Below the pieces are notes generated by a model. It had not been told where the DNA came from. It saw only the letters and a program-made list of their open reading frames with translations, and made no database searches. A DNA stretch of 64,000 nt from Phyllosticta citribraziliensis (Eukaryota), in assembly GCF_038025025.1 (NCBI RefSeq), contig NW_027117350.1, positions 248,001 through 312,000 of the forward strand, written 5' to 3'. Below, piece after piece: positions 13,804 through 25,487 of the stretch. The position numbers and the translations under genes were made by a program. Position 1 is the first letter of the stretch. Each line of letters begins with the position of its first letter.

Positions 13804-14595
13804 ATCGGATTGATTCTGTCGTCTCTCGGGGAGATGGAGTTGCTTCAATGATTCAACAAGCCTTGACTTGACCATTTGGCCAATTGAGTGCAACAGCGCC
13901 CGCATTTCAACACCTCGACGGCTACTGCGCTACAACCTTCTTTCCCCCAAGGGCCCCCAAGAGCTGCTGCTGCAAACTCAATGCCAATGCGAACCCGAGA
14001 ATCCGATGCCACCCGCCGCGTCCAACTTACACTACCGTATAGCCTACCTATGGCGTCGACGAGCAGCTATTTCCATATGTGCAGATGGCGCCGCGGGGTG
14101 GTGGGCGCGCAGCATCAGCCAAAAGGAGCCGTTGAGTATCTCATAACCAGCGTTTTAGCTCTAACCTTTTTTATGTAACCAGACGACGCGGACACACAGA
14201 AGCAAATTAGGGTTAATTTGGCTCCTCACTTCCTCCGTCCGGACGACGCATCCCTGTCGAGCACTTCTCCCAAACAGTCAGGAAAGGCGCGACCTACCGT
14301 GCCTAGCACGGTTTCTCTGCCGCCGTGTAGCAACAGGAATTTTTCTTCCTTCGCCAGTGACCAACCTATTATAACTAGAGCAGCTGGAGACGGATGAACT
14401 GTAGCTGTATTTGACATGCAACTGGTAGTCGCCCCCATCAGTACCTCCATGTACTCCTTGTCTGGCCACGCCCTCAATCCGCTCGCTTCTTCCCCTGTTG
14501 GATGGATGGGCGCAACGGGAATTACGGACCGCTCCGTTCTGCTCTCCTCCGCCCACCACTCGTCTCCTATTTCCCACCTCCCCCCTCTACCCCCA

Positions 14596-14651
14596 CCTCC
14601 GCCCGCCTCCGCCCGCCTCCGCCTCCGCCTCCGCCTCCGCCTCCGCCTCCG
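14596..14651 (+). repeat. (CTCCGC)n hexanucleotide microsatellite
   Basis: Direct tandem repeats cctccgcctccgcc..., with two longer units at the start. Confidence 0.85.
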
Positions 14652-17600
14652 AAGTTTACTGCAGCACATAGCCAGCCACGCGCGGCGCACAACACGAGGA
14701 AACCCGTACGCAAAACACGTCGGCCATGGAAGCTTCCCCGCCGCATCTGACACCACCCGCCGCCATACCGTGCATACTTCAATTCAAAAAACAACAGCGA
14801 ACCTAGGTGTAGAGGGAAAAAGGCAACGCGGTAGAAGTAAAGTAAGGTTATATATTAGTCGACTAATCAAGCAATCTGATTTGAAGCTAATGGGCGTTTA
14901 GCCGCTTCGAGGCCGGCGTCTGGGCTTTTACTCGCTTCACTTGCCTGGGTATTCAGTGTAGCAGCGGACTGCGTTGGCTTGCCATGGGGGAGGAGACATG
15001 CGTGCGCGCTGTCTCTGCAGCAAACGAGAAGCTCCAGTCGCTCATGGCTAATGCTGGGAGAAATGAAACGAGACGAGCGCGGCGGCGAAAGGTAAGGTGC
15101 CTAGGTTGGTAGGTGGTCGCCGCGGCGTTGCTTGTGCCGCCGCAGTAAGGTACATGTAGCTTTACTGCTTGTCCGTACATCGCCCGCAGTAACGGCCCTG
15201 AGGTGAAGGGGCAAGGAATCAGCGAAGGGTGGTTGATAGAAGTTGTATACCGACGTTGCGATTGGTGTTGGCCGCTGAGGTACCCCATCTTGTGCAATTT
15301 CAGGAGAGGAGGGAGTTTGGAAAGGATAGGGGTTGTTCAGGTGGTTGCTTTCGCGCTCTCGCTTCCTGTTTTAGGATTGAGTTTTTCTCGGCCTCCTTTC
15401 TGTTCACTGCTTATTCGATCCTTCTGCTTTTATTGTCTCTTGGATTCTCTCGACGTCTAGTCTACTACCATTTCTTGATCTTGTCGAAATTTTGATCGTT
15501 CTTGTGAGCATCCTCGTTCGCCGACGGTGTTTCATTCTTGAGGAAGGACGGTGCTTCCTGATCCTCACCTAAGCTTTGGTTCGAAGGCCCGCCCCATCTT
15601 TCTTGCACGGCTCGGCGCAGCAAAGCGCAGTCTGGCTGGTAGGCTGGAACACGCCTCGCAGATGGTGCTTAAGCCGAGCACTCTGCTTTTCCCTTTCGTC
15701 GTTGATTCACCCACTCACCTTGCGCTCCTTCCTTGCAATCCCCGTTTTGCCAGCGCGCTCTCGTCATTGTCGGCGCACAAGCGATGGCGCGCATTCCGTG
15801 ATTGTAGGACCCTTCAACTCACTAACTGATCTTGCCTTTGCATTGGCGCTTCTCCACACTCCACGTCGGCAACAGCGTCATTCGCTTCGCCATCCTCACG
15901 GGATGTAGCTCCTCCTTTCCCAGCACAGCCATCAAAGACTCAATCCCCAGTTCCACAACCAACAGCCGACGACAAGCAAGCCGATGTCCTCGCCCGCGCC
16001 TCCTCTCCTCCCACCGGCTAAAAAGCGGAGTCACGCCGCTCTGCTCCGCATCCCGCCGGCACCGGCTACTTGGCCAACCAAGTCTCCGCAACGGACCGAA
16101 GAGGGCGGAGAGGAGCCGAAGAGCCGGGCAAACCAACCGACTCGGGTGTGCCTGTGTGGAGAAAGAAACGGGCCGTGGAACAGCCGTGACGCCATCCCAG
16201 TGAGGCGACAAGAGGCGAGGAGATGCGAGCGGGGAAGATTGCGGTGCGCTTTTTTTCGTCGTGGTGGTGGTGATGGTGATGTTTTTGATGGATCTGGTGT
16301 ACGGGAAGGCTGGTAGGTTGGTGGAAGGAATGGAAGAGGAATGACGCGCAGAGGACGGTGTGAAGATGAACAGGACGGTGACAGAGCAGAAGATGTTGTT
16401 GAAAATGAAGCGATGAGATGAGAAAGCGAGAAAGTCGTCAGGCCCATCAGGGTAAAAAAGGGTCCAACATGCGTCGGCTTCAGCCTCAGGGTTTACACAA
16501 ACCACCAAAAGTCCCATCTTTCGCTGCTCCTCCGGCCCGTCTCTTCTTCTGACTCGCTGTCTCTCTCACTCGCCGACCCGTTCGCTTGTCCGCTCGCAGT
16601 CACGACCTCAGCCAGTGCCGACGCCAACCGCTAACCATCAGCGCGTCCGTGCGCGTGCCGGTGATGCTGATGAGCGCCGCTGCTGCCGCCGCCTACGGGC
16701 GGGCGAATAATGACGCGCTTTTGATACGAGGAGGGATAACATGGCGGAGAGGAAAGAAAGGAACCGGCGGGGTTGGTGTTTGGAAATTGTGATGATGGGA
16801 CTGGATCGTGATGATGATGGCGGTGAGGGTAATGGCGCTTGCTGTCGGATTCGGTGGCTGTTATGGTGGTGAGTTGGAGCTGAGCGGACGACGTTCCTGC
16901 ATTCTCAGTCTGTTTTTCTGTCCGCCTCCATTCCTTGGTGCGCTTCAGCATTGCTGCTATCTTTCTGCCGCGACGCCTTCCAAAGTGCCTCCTCCACCTG
17001 AAAGACACTACGCAGGTTGCAGGTACGTACCATACTCAGTTACCCTCGATGCTACGCCCAGCAACACGATGCCAAGCGCGCGCTCTCCACATCAAATCAC
17101 CGCAGCGCAGCGCATCAGCAGCAGCACAGCCGGCATGCGGCCGACCCAAAGGGTCTGAAACACGACATGGACACGACGGGCTCAGGGACCACGATGGGAT
17201 GAGCGAGAGGGATGTCGTTCGTGCGTTCGTGGGGGGCGTGCGAAGTGCAGTCGTTGGCTGGCCTGTGAACAACCACGTCCTGCTACGGGCAAGAGTACAA
17301 TGTCCATGGACGCAGCAGCAAAGAGGGAGTCTCTGTATCAACCAGCATCGTCGCCGCCACTCTCGTCGGAGATGACCAATCGTAAGTGTCGACAATTATA
17401 GCAAGCGCACGCCATATACGATGAGGCTTTTGTCCAGCCCATCAAGGTACGCTGCCCGCGGTGGTAGGAGCACAGAGCGCACATCAGCAATCGAGCCCGG
17501 CCCCGACCCCTCATCGTGACAATTTCAATCTTGCTCTGCCGACCCCCTGTTGTTGGTCTATGGTCGCATAGCGGGTCGGTGCGCGTGCCGTGCTTTTGGT

Positions 17601-20600
17601 GGAGACTGAAGCAAGGTCGATCGTACGTCATTGGTGGCACGGATCTGTCGCCGGTCTCTGTCTTTCTGTGTCTGTTCGCTTGTCTGCTGCCGTTTTGTCT
17701 ATTGGTCTGCATGCGTCGGCCCGGTGTTTAGGGTTTTGTTGGGGAGGTGGAGAGACGACGTCGTGGTGGAGACTGGAGATGTCTGTGGGGATGCTGGACG
17801 CGAGCATGCAGTGGGTCGTGGGGACGGGATGTCGGGTATGCTGTTGCACTCTGGATTCTGGTGGATAAAAAAGTGCATCTGAGTTGTCTGCAGGCGTGGT
17901 GTGGAGCCCGCAGGAACATTCCGTTTGGATTCGAACGAACGCGAGAACATCGCTGGAGGCGATTCTATCACGGCTTGTGTAATCGGACTGTTGAATAGAA
18001 GGGAAATCCCCCGATGTCTCTCTGGGAGAGCAATGTGGTTGCCTATTCATACGCTGGATTTGCACAGCCCTGGCACTTGACAGAGAGCAAGACAAAGTAT
18101 GCAATGTCAGGTCTTCGCCCCAAGACAGGTTGAGTTGGGATTTGCGGAAAAACAGCGCACCAATTTTGCGGCGCAGGAACGCCCCCAAAAGTACAAGGCA
18201 CAGCTCGACTCGTCTAGAACTCACCTGGCCAAAAGTTGCGAGCGATAGTCAATCCACGGCGTTGGCGTCAGCATCGGGAATCATGCTCTTCTCGGTCGCA
18301 CATCTTGCCATTGTGCGCACCGCTGCTTATCTTCTCTGTTGCATAAGCGAATGCTGGTGCCCATGTAGAGAAGGTAAGCGTGCAACAGACGCATCAATAT
18401 TTTCGGACGCATGGGATGATCGGGCTTGGAGGCGCATCACAGTACGTCTCTCCACCGGAATTGGTATTTCCGCAAGGCATTGGGGCAGAGCAGGAACAGT
18501 AGCGCTCACGTGTAGATCTCTGTGGCTTTCTCAGTCGAGCTTCCGCGCCTCAGTAACGGCATCGGCTGTCCAAGGGGCCGCCTACTGTTTGCGAGCAGCG
18601 CCGCATATCGGCATGTCAAGACAGCGCCACGGATTTACAAGGTTTTGTCCTGGTATATGGGTCTTGATGCAAGGCATTCATGTTCTGGAAATTCAAATCT
18701 TTGCGCCGAGTGATGGGACAAGAGGCCCGGAAGGAGCTGGATCGAGAACGGCGTGAATGCGCGGGTATTTCGAAATAGCGCATGAGAAATGCCGGCGCTG
18801 ACAAAGGTCAAAACTGCTGTCAGATGCCAGGCACTGGAATTCTTCGCGACGTTGGAGACGGACAAAGCTCGGTGGCGAGGTCGTGTGAGAAATCAGCATG
18901 AAGACGAGGAAGTTCGTCGAGGCGAGTCCAAGAATTATATCCCGGTAAGAACCGGTCTTGGATCCAGGCGCATCCCAAATGTTTGCCGGGATTGCGATGA
19001 TAGCGGCCGGTTTTGAGCAAGCATGGCGAATGAGGACGGGGCTCTTTTGGAATTTTGCGACAGCTCTATTAATTTCAGGCTCGCGGGTTTTGTGCCAGTG
19101 GTCTCGGCAGACAGTCGAGCAGGCTAATGCGCCATAATTTGAAAGTCGATTTGGCCCAAGGTTGCGGCCCGCTGGTCCCTGGAAGCTTAGCTCGCATACA
19201 ACCAGCCACACTGGAGCGTTTGATGCGACGGCGACTTTGTCGACTGAATGGAAACGCGACTCACAGCCGCCACGCGATGGACAAAGGTCGGTCCAAGTTG
19301 GCAGCTGATACAAACGTTTGGGAATCAATGGAGTGTCGTGGCAACGGGCGTGACGGAGCTGCGTCGAGAACGAAGAAGACGTTGGATCATGGCCGAAGGC
19401 TGGTGGAATGCAGGAATGTGAAAGAAGAACTGAGACTTGACAGGAGACGGAATTGGTTTAAGAGAATCGGCAGAAAAAGAGCCTCAGGCGGGTGGTTGAA
19501 TTTCCAGGGCGCATTTGCATTTTGGGACCCAAGGTTGACGGGGAGCCAGGCTCGAGCTGGGTGCGTGGGTAGTGGATCGAGTTTCACGGTAGGCTTGGGA
19601 TTGGTGCGGCGATGAAGGAAGAATTGAAGCTGACGCTGGAGAGCATGACGATGATGATGGATGGAGATCTCCCGCGACGCTTTGGCGGTGTTGATTGGGG
19701 GGTGGGGCAGCCTTACGTAACACACGCAGGCCGAGTGAAGCAAGTGAAGCGAGAGAGGCACAACACAAGCGAGAGATTCCATGGTCGAACAGGAATGCCA
19801 AGTCGCAGCCGACGACTGGAATCATCACAAGGAAGAGATAAGGAATCGAAGGGTCCTGCCAACATGTATGCCGCTGACTCAGGCGGCCCCCGGGGATCAT
19901 CAGGGGCTTCCGCATCCGGAGGCACGGCGCCCGAATCGGGGCCTCAGCGCACCTCAACCATCAACAACGGCCGGACTTGGTCTCTCCCTCTGCTGTTGAC
20001 GGTCCAACCGTCGTCCACTCACGGGCATGCCTCGCCCGCCAGACGACCGACTCTTGACTCGCAGTTTCAATCCCGAGACGCCAACGAGACTGCAGCCACG
20101 GCACCATCTGTGCCTCGAGCACCGAATGCTCCAGTACGCACAAGACGCATGCCAGGCCAAGCTCCATGCCCACATGGCTCGTCCCCTGCCCCATTCAAGC
20201 CTCCTCCGAACGCCTTTGCACCTCTCTAATAATGCTCTGCCCTGCACCCCAATCCGCTATCCCCTTCTGTTGCTACATCCCATCCCCCGCTGACGTTGTG
20301 CTTTCTTCTTGTCTTGCATCTCTGTTTCGCTCTCTGAACTACTTCTCCTCCCCCGACGTGTCTTGATACCTCTCTCCGACTCTATATCCGATTCGCCTGC
20401 ACCCACAAAATCACCGCCTCGGTCTCCCCCCGTCTCGCCAGCCTTTCCAGGCTTCCGTATTTTGCTCCACTTGAAAACCAGCAACCGAGCCGCCCGGTTC
20501 TGCTCTCTCGCGCGAGTTGCGTCTATGCCGGCAAGGCGTGATTTTGCTCCCTTCCAACCAGCATTACACATATCCAATTCGCCATACCAGGAACCGCACA

Positions 20601-20649
20601 TCAGAGGCCCTACCACTAGCGACGGCGCCAGCCGCCGACAGCGCCAGCC

Positions 20650-23414
20650 ATGGCCGACACCATGAGGCCGGTCAGCTTCCTGCCCGGCATCAAGTGTTCG
20701 GATTGTGGCGTCGAGGTGGAAATCTCAATGTTGGCCGACCATGTTTGCGACGGTAACCCAGCTGCGCCATCAGCCGCCTCCGACCCACCACCACCCGCTC
20801 AGGAGGCCAGTCTCAAGTCGATGAGGAGCTTTTTTGACCGCGCAGCTGAGCTATCCACCAATATGCTCAAAGGAGGCCGATCAGCGCCACCGGCCAACAT
20901 TGATTCAAAAGCAGCCAGTGAGTACCTGTCCCGAGGCCCAGGTCAGACCCACTTGAATCCTAACCATTCGCCCCAGACTCTCCATTTCTCGACACCAAAG
21001 GATCTTATCTCGAATCTCCGACCAAGTCCCTCAATCCTCAGGGCGAATTGCTGCCAAGAACACCAAGATCCGGAGCAAGCCGCACTCCTCTTAGCCCTAG
21101 GCCTCCCAAAAGTGGCAATATATTGGAAAGAATGAACGCCATTGCCCCCGGTCCATTTGATAGCCGTGAGAGGAGACCATCGCCGTCCCCCAGACCGTCA
21201 CCAACAAAAACGTCTCGTGATCAATTTCCCGTGGGATCGCTTGGCGCGAGTCCGTTTGATGAGTACGAGAGGAGACCATCACCGCCTCCGAAGGAACCCT
21301 CGCCGCCTCTTCCCAAGAAGGATGAGCCATCTCGAGAGTCTCGCAGCCGGTTCCACAAGAGGTCCGAAACATTGAGTTCTTTGAGGAATCGTTCGAGATC
21401 TCGTCCGTCCACGCGCGGCTCATTTGGAGATTTCCACCGTCGCCATGCGTCTACAGTAAGCTCTGAAAAGCCCCCTCCAGTTGGATTGCCACAAGGGCCC
21501 AAGGCAAGACCAGCTCCCGCCCGGCCAGCGCGGCCCCAAGATGTCGATGCATTTCTTGAGCAACTGCAGGAGGAAAAGACGCCCACGCCCGTTGTTCCAA
21601 GGCCATTGACAATCCGCAAAGAGTCCGTGTCCAAGACTCCAATCTCATTACCACGCAGGCCCTCTGACAAGGTCCCTCAATCACCTCCTCAATTTTCATC
21701 CCCCCCACCATCAAACGACTCGGTTCCGGAGTGGTGGCAAAGCCCGTCCAAAGTTCAGGCCAAAGAAATCTATGTTCCCAGCGAGCGTCTCGAGAGTGAA
21801 AACGCCAGGAGATTTCCTCGCCGAACTTCGAGCAAAGGCGTCAACAACATGCGCCCTGGTTACGAAGACGCTCCGCCCTTGCCCACCGGTCTTCGTCGGC
21901 CTCCCGCGTTGTCGCACGCCCCTTCTGATTCCGCCTCGTCTGAAAGCTCCGGATTCGATGGACGCAGCCGTGACAGCACCAACTCTACCCCTCCCACCTC
22001 GGCTGGCTCCACGCCAACCACAGACTTTTCGACTCGGGCAACCGACAAGAATCCGTTCGTCAACCGCAAGCCGTCCAGCGGAAAGTTGTACGAGCCATAC
22101 CGCGCTGATAACTCCATCGAACGGCCACGGACAGCCAACGGTCGACGGGGTACCGGATCTGAGCGCTCAGTGGCCTCCACTGAACGTCCAGGCACTTCCG
22201 GTAGCCGTCCAGGGACATCGAGTGGAAGACCCGGTACTTCGGACAGCCGTCCAGGAACTTCAAGCAGCCGGGGCAGCCGACCTAGCACATCTCATAGCCG
22301 CACCGCAACTGTGAGCAGCCGTCCAGGTCAAGCACCTCCGGTTCTGTCACCATACGGAAGCGACCGTTCCGAGTATTCGTCCTACGAACGTCCGCGTACC
22401 TCGAATGGTCGGCCAGGAAATGAGCGCCCAAGGATGCCGTACGAGTTTGACGCTCCGGGCTCTCCGCTGCAGCGGTTCGACGCACCCATCGAGCGCCCAA
22501 ACACCTCCAACGGCCCCCGCCTGGCCAACTCGACTTCTCGTCCAAACCTTCGTGCTGAGGAATTGCCTCCAGTGCCTCGCAAGAGCCCGAGCCGACAGAA
22601 TCTGCAGCAAGCAGCACGACCTCCTCCTCCTCCTCCCATCAACACTTCAGTCAATCCTCCTCCCTCTGCCGACGATCCTCCGGAATCCCCAATGGACCCC
22701 GCGATCCAGAAGGGTCTTTTCACTCCAATCACCCTGAGACCGTCGGACTCGTCAGCGTTTCCTGAGATTTCGACCGTGTTTCAGACCGCTGAGAAGCCAC
22801 CAATTCCTCCCATGCCCGTTTCAGCACCAAAATCGCCAGCCAGGCCGCGGGCTGATTCGGCTGGTAGGCGCCCCAGCAGGCCGACCAAGGGCAACTGCCG
22901 TGGATGCGGACAGGCAATTGTCGGTAAAAGCGTCAAGGCGGCTGATGGTAGCCTTTCCGGGCGCTGGCACAAGCAATGTAAGTTTATGCGCCCTGCTCCT
23001 GTTTCACACCTCATACCCGCGCAATGCTGACCCACATCAGGCTTCGTTTGCATGACGTGCCGCGCGCCGTTTGTAACGACCGACTTTTATGTGCTCAAGG
23101 ACCAGCCGTACTGTGCGCGCCACTACCACGAGCTCAACGGATCGCTGTGCTGCAGCTGCGACACGGGGATCGAAGGCCAGTATGTTGAGTCGGAGCGCCG
23201 CGCCAAGTTCCACCCGCAGTGTTTCCAGTGCGGCATCTGCCGCGTGACGCTGCGCGATGACTATTTCGAGTTCATGGGAGTTGCCTACTGCGAGAGGCAC
23301 GCGTTCCACGTTGCGCGCCAGGCCAACAGCGGGCCGGGCAGAGGCGGCATGCTGATGCCCGGTGGCGCCAGGAGAAATCCAGAGAGGAGGCGCACGCGGT
23401 TGATGATGATGTGA
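20650..23414 (+). CDS. LIM-domain protein (paxillin-like): N-terminal Zn-binding motif, long Pro/Ser-rich linker, two C-terminal LIM domains; introns 20918-20976, 22978-23040
   Basis: N-terminal FLPGIKCSDCGVEVEISMLADHVC; LIM1 CRGC...WHKQC/FVCMTC...YCARHYH; LIM2 CCSC...FHPQCFQCGIC...YCERH; ends RRRTRLMMM. Confidence 0.9.
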
Positions 23415-25120
23415 GGGACTTGACGACGCGGTGGGCGACTGCTACTGCCGCCGCTGGAGCAAACGAAAAACTGCCGACGGACGGATCCCAATGTTTTGAT
23501 ACGCCTTTTTTCCGGAGCGATCTTTTTCCTACTACAACTGCTCTTCCTCTTTTGTAAATGCCTTATACCCTATTTCTTACCGATGGACCACCATTGCGGC
23601 GCGCGACGCCCTGCATGGCAATAGCAGCAGCAGTAGCTGCAGACTGCGGTTGGAATGTTCGTTTTTCTTCTGTGTTGCTATACCCACACCATAGCTCTTT
23701 GCCCTACCATTTCCTTATGTCATGTACTGCACCATCATGTGACTGAAAAATTTCATTCTGTTTAATGTGTCATTGGCATGTTGGGTTGATTTGATGGATG
23801 TCGTTGTGGTGGTGTGCATAGGGTCGGCCAGAGAGGCGGTTCGGAATCTGGTTCCCTTGGAGGGCAGGATCGAGTTTAGCGAGCGACGCCGGAATCTGGA
23901 ATCCGACGGCAACAGCTAATGTATATATCGTCCGCAACCTCACCTCTTCCTGCCATCAGACGTATGAGGATGTCGATGCTTCTTGCCATGCTTTCTTGTC
24001 GCCCAACACGTGAAATGGATCACTTGGTACTCCCGTCGACTTCGCCGTCTTGTTCGCTCGTCCTCCACGACCGGTCTTTCGCTGATGGATGAGAAAGACG
24101 ATGATGTTGCTGACATGCTTCTAGACGGTCAATTTTCTTTTCTCTGTTTCCTTTGTCGTCTGCTTGATACCTTGGTGTCTTGGAGAGCTGAAGGTGGTCC
24201 GCTAGAAGCTATCGTCGCGGCTAGCGGACCCCTCTCTACCACGTTTCTTTCAAGTCATTCTCCTTTCCAAGTCGAGAAAAACAAGATCAAAAGCTCCTTT
24301 CCAAAGCCTCTTCCGACCCAGTCGGCTTCTAGAGTCCTTCCCAACGACCACCTGTTCCACCGACATGTTGGTGTTCGCAGCCCCTCACGCTGGGCGGTGG
24401 CTCCCCCTCGGAAAACGCGCGACCGACGGCGGCGGCGGCTGGCGCAGGGCGTCCGGTTATCGACGCAATCGCCGGCGACGGCAAAAGCGTTGGCTAATTG
24501 GCATTACCCACACCGGGTCGCTGATATGAGCGGCAGGCCTGATGAGGATACGTGGCATGCGAAGAGCGTGGAGTTGCGCATGGTCGACAGGCTGCGTCTT
24601 GTTCCGGTGCTCCGGCGCGAAAGGGGACGGTGCCAAGCTGCCGCTGACGTCGCGTGACGGGGCCGAGGAGTACCGCACAGGCGGGAACGAGGGGATGAGG
24701 GGTCTTGTTTACCACTCTGCACCAGCACGCCCGACTCTCTGCACGCCAACAGCTTCTTCTTGGCCAACGGCCTCCTATCGTCCAAAGGCAAACGGCCACC
24801 ATGATGGGAAGCCAATATGGCCTCCCGCGGCTTCCAGGCTCACACGGCTCCGTGCCGTGCCCATTCACCGCGCTTCCGGGAGCGACTCGGTCTCTGGCCC
24901 ATCGAGATCCGCTTGCCATTACATGAGCTAAACTGCACTACCCGTCGGTTTCGGTCTAGCCGGGGCCTCTTATCGGGACCTGGTGGGTGGCTGCATCCTG
25001 CCCGTCCGCGCACATGCACTGCCTGTCCTCCGTTGTGAGCAAATTGTGGGAGCCCCGCTGTGCTTGCGTCGGCACGCTGATGAGCTGATGGGGGGCGGTC
25101 GACGGGAGCCATCGGCAGCG

Positions 25121-25128
25121 TATAAAGA
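25121..25128 (+). promoter_or_regulatory. TATA box of INO1
   Basis: TATAAAGA followed by a pyrimidine-rich initiator region, about 365 bp upstream of the INO1 ATG. Confidence 0.6.
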
Positions 25129-25172
25129 GCTGCCTCTGCGCCGTTCCCATCCGTCTCCTTTTCCTGTACCAA

Positions 25173-25442
25173 ACGCCCAGTCTTTGCTGCCATTGCACCT
25201 CCTGCGCCTTTCCATCTCGTTCGCCGCAAAGACTCAGGGGCCATTGCCCAGAACCAAACATTTTCTCCAACCTTCTCAACTCGTGAGTCGTCTTTTGTCG
25301 CCCGCCATGGACTCGATGTGGTTCAAGGGCTGCAATGCTGTGTGTATCATGTTTTGACGGCGTACGCAGTGTTCACCATCCTTTCGCCGGCCGACGCACT
25401 TCCCCTGCTGGAGGAGCATCGGATTCCCCCTACATCAGATAA
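25173..25442 (+). CDS. Putative non-AUG (ACG) upstream ORF in the INO1 leader, 60 aa, split by intron 25283-25369
   Basis: ACG at 25173, just after the TATA box, opens (M)PSLCCHCTSCAFPSRSPQRLRGHCPEPNIFSNLLN. Removing GTGAGT..TTGAC..CAG gives in-frame S-VHHPFAGRRTSPAGGASDSPYIR-TAA, ending 45 nt before the INO1 ATG. Confidence 0.6.
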
Positions 25443-25487
25443 ACTAGTGCACTGAACCACCCAACCCCGAATCTCTACACATCCAAC

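Noticed and set aside
14207..14215. TAACCCTAA on the minus strand, identical to a TTAGGG telomerase RNA template
   Set aside because: A 1.5-2 kb transcript downstream would run through the secreted-protein and NAT genes, and no pseudoknot or CR4/5 could be identified. A 9-mer is plausible by chance; AACCCTAA at ~17728 is likewise unsupported.
24008..24017. CACGTGAAAT resembling the yeast UAS-INO (CATGTGAAAT)
   Set aside because: Single mismatched copy about 1.5 kb upstream; Ino2/Ino4-type control is not established for filamentous ascomycetes.
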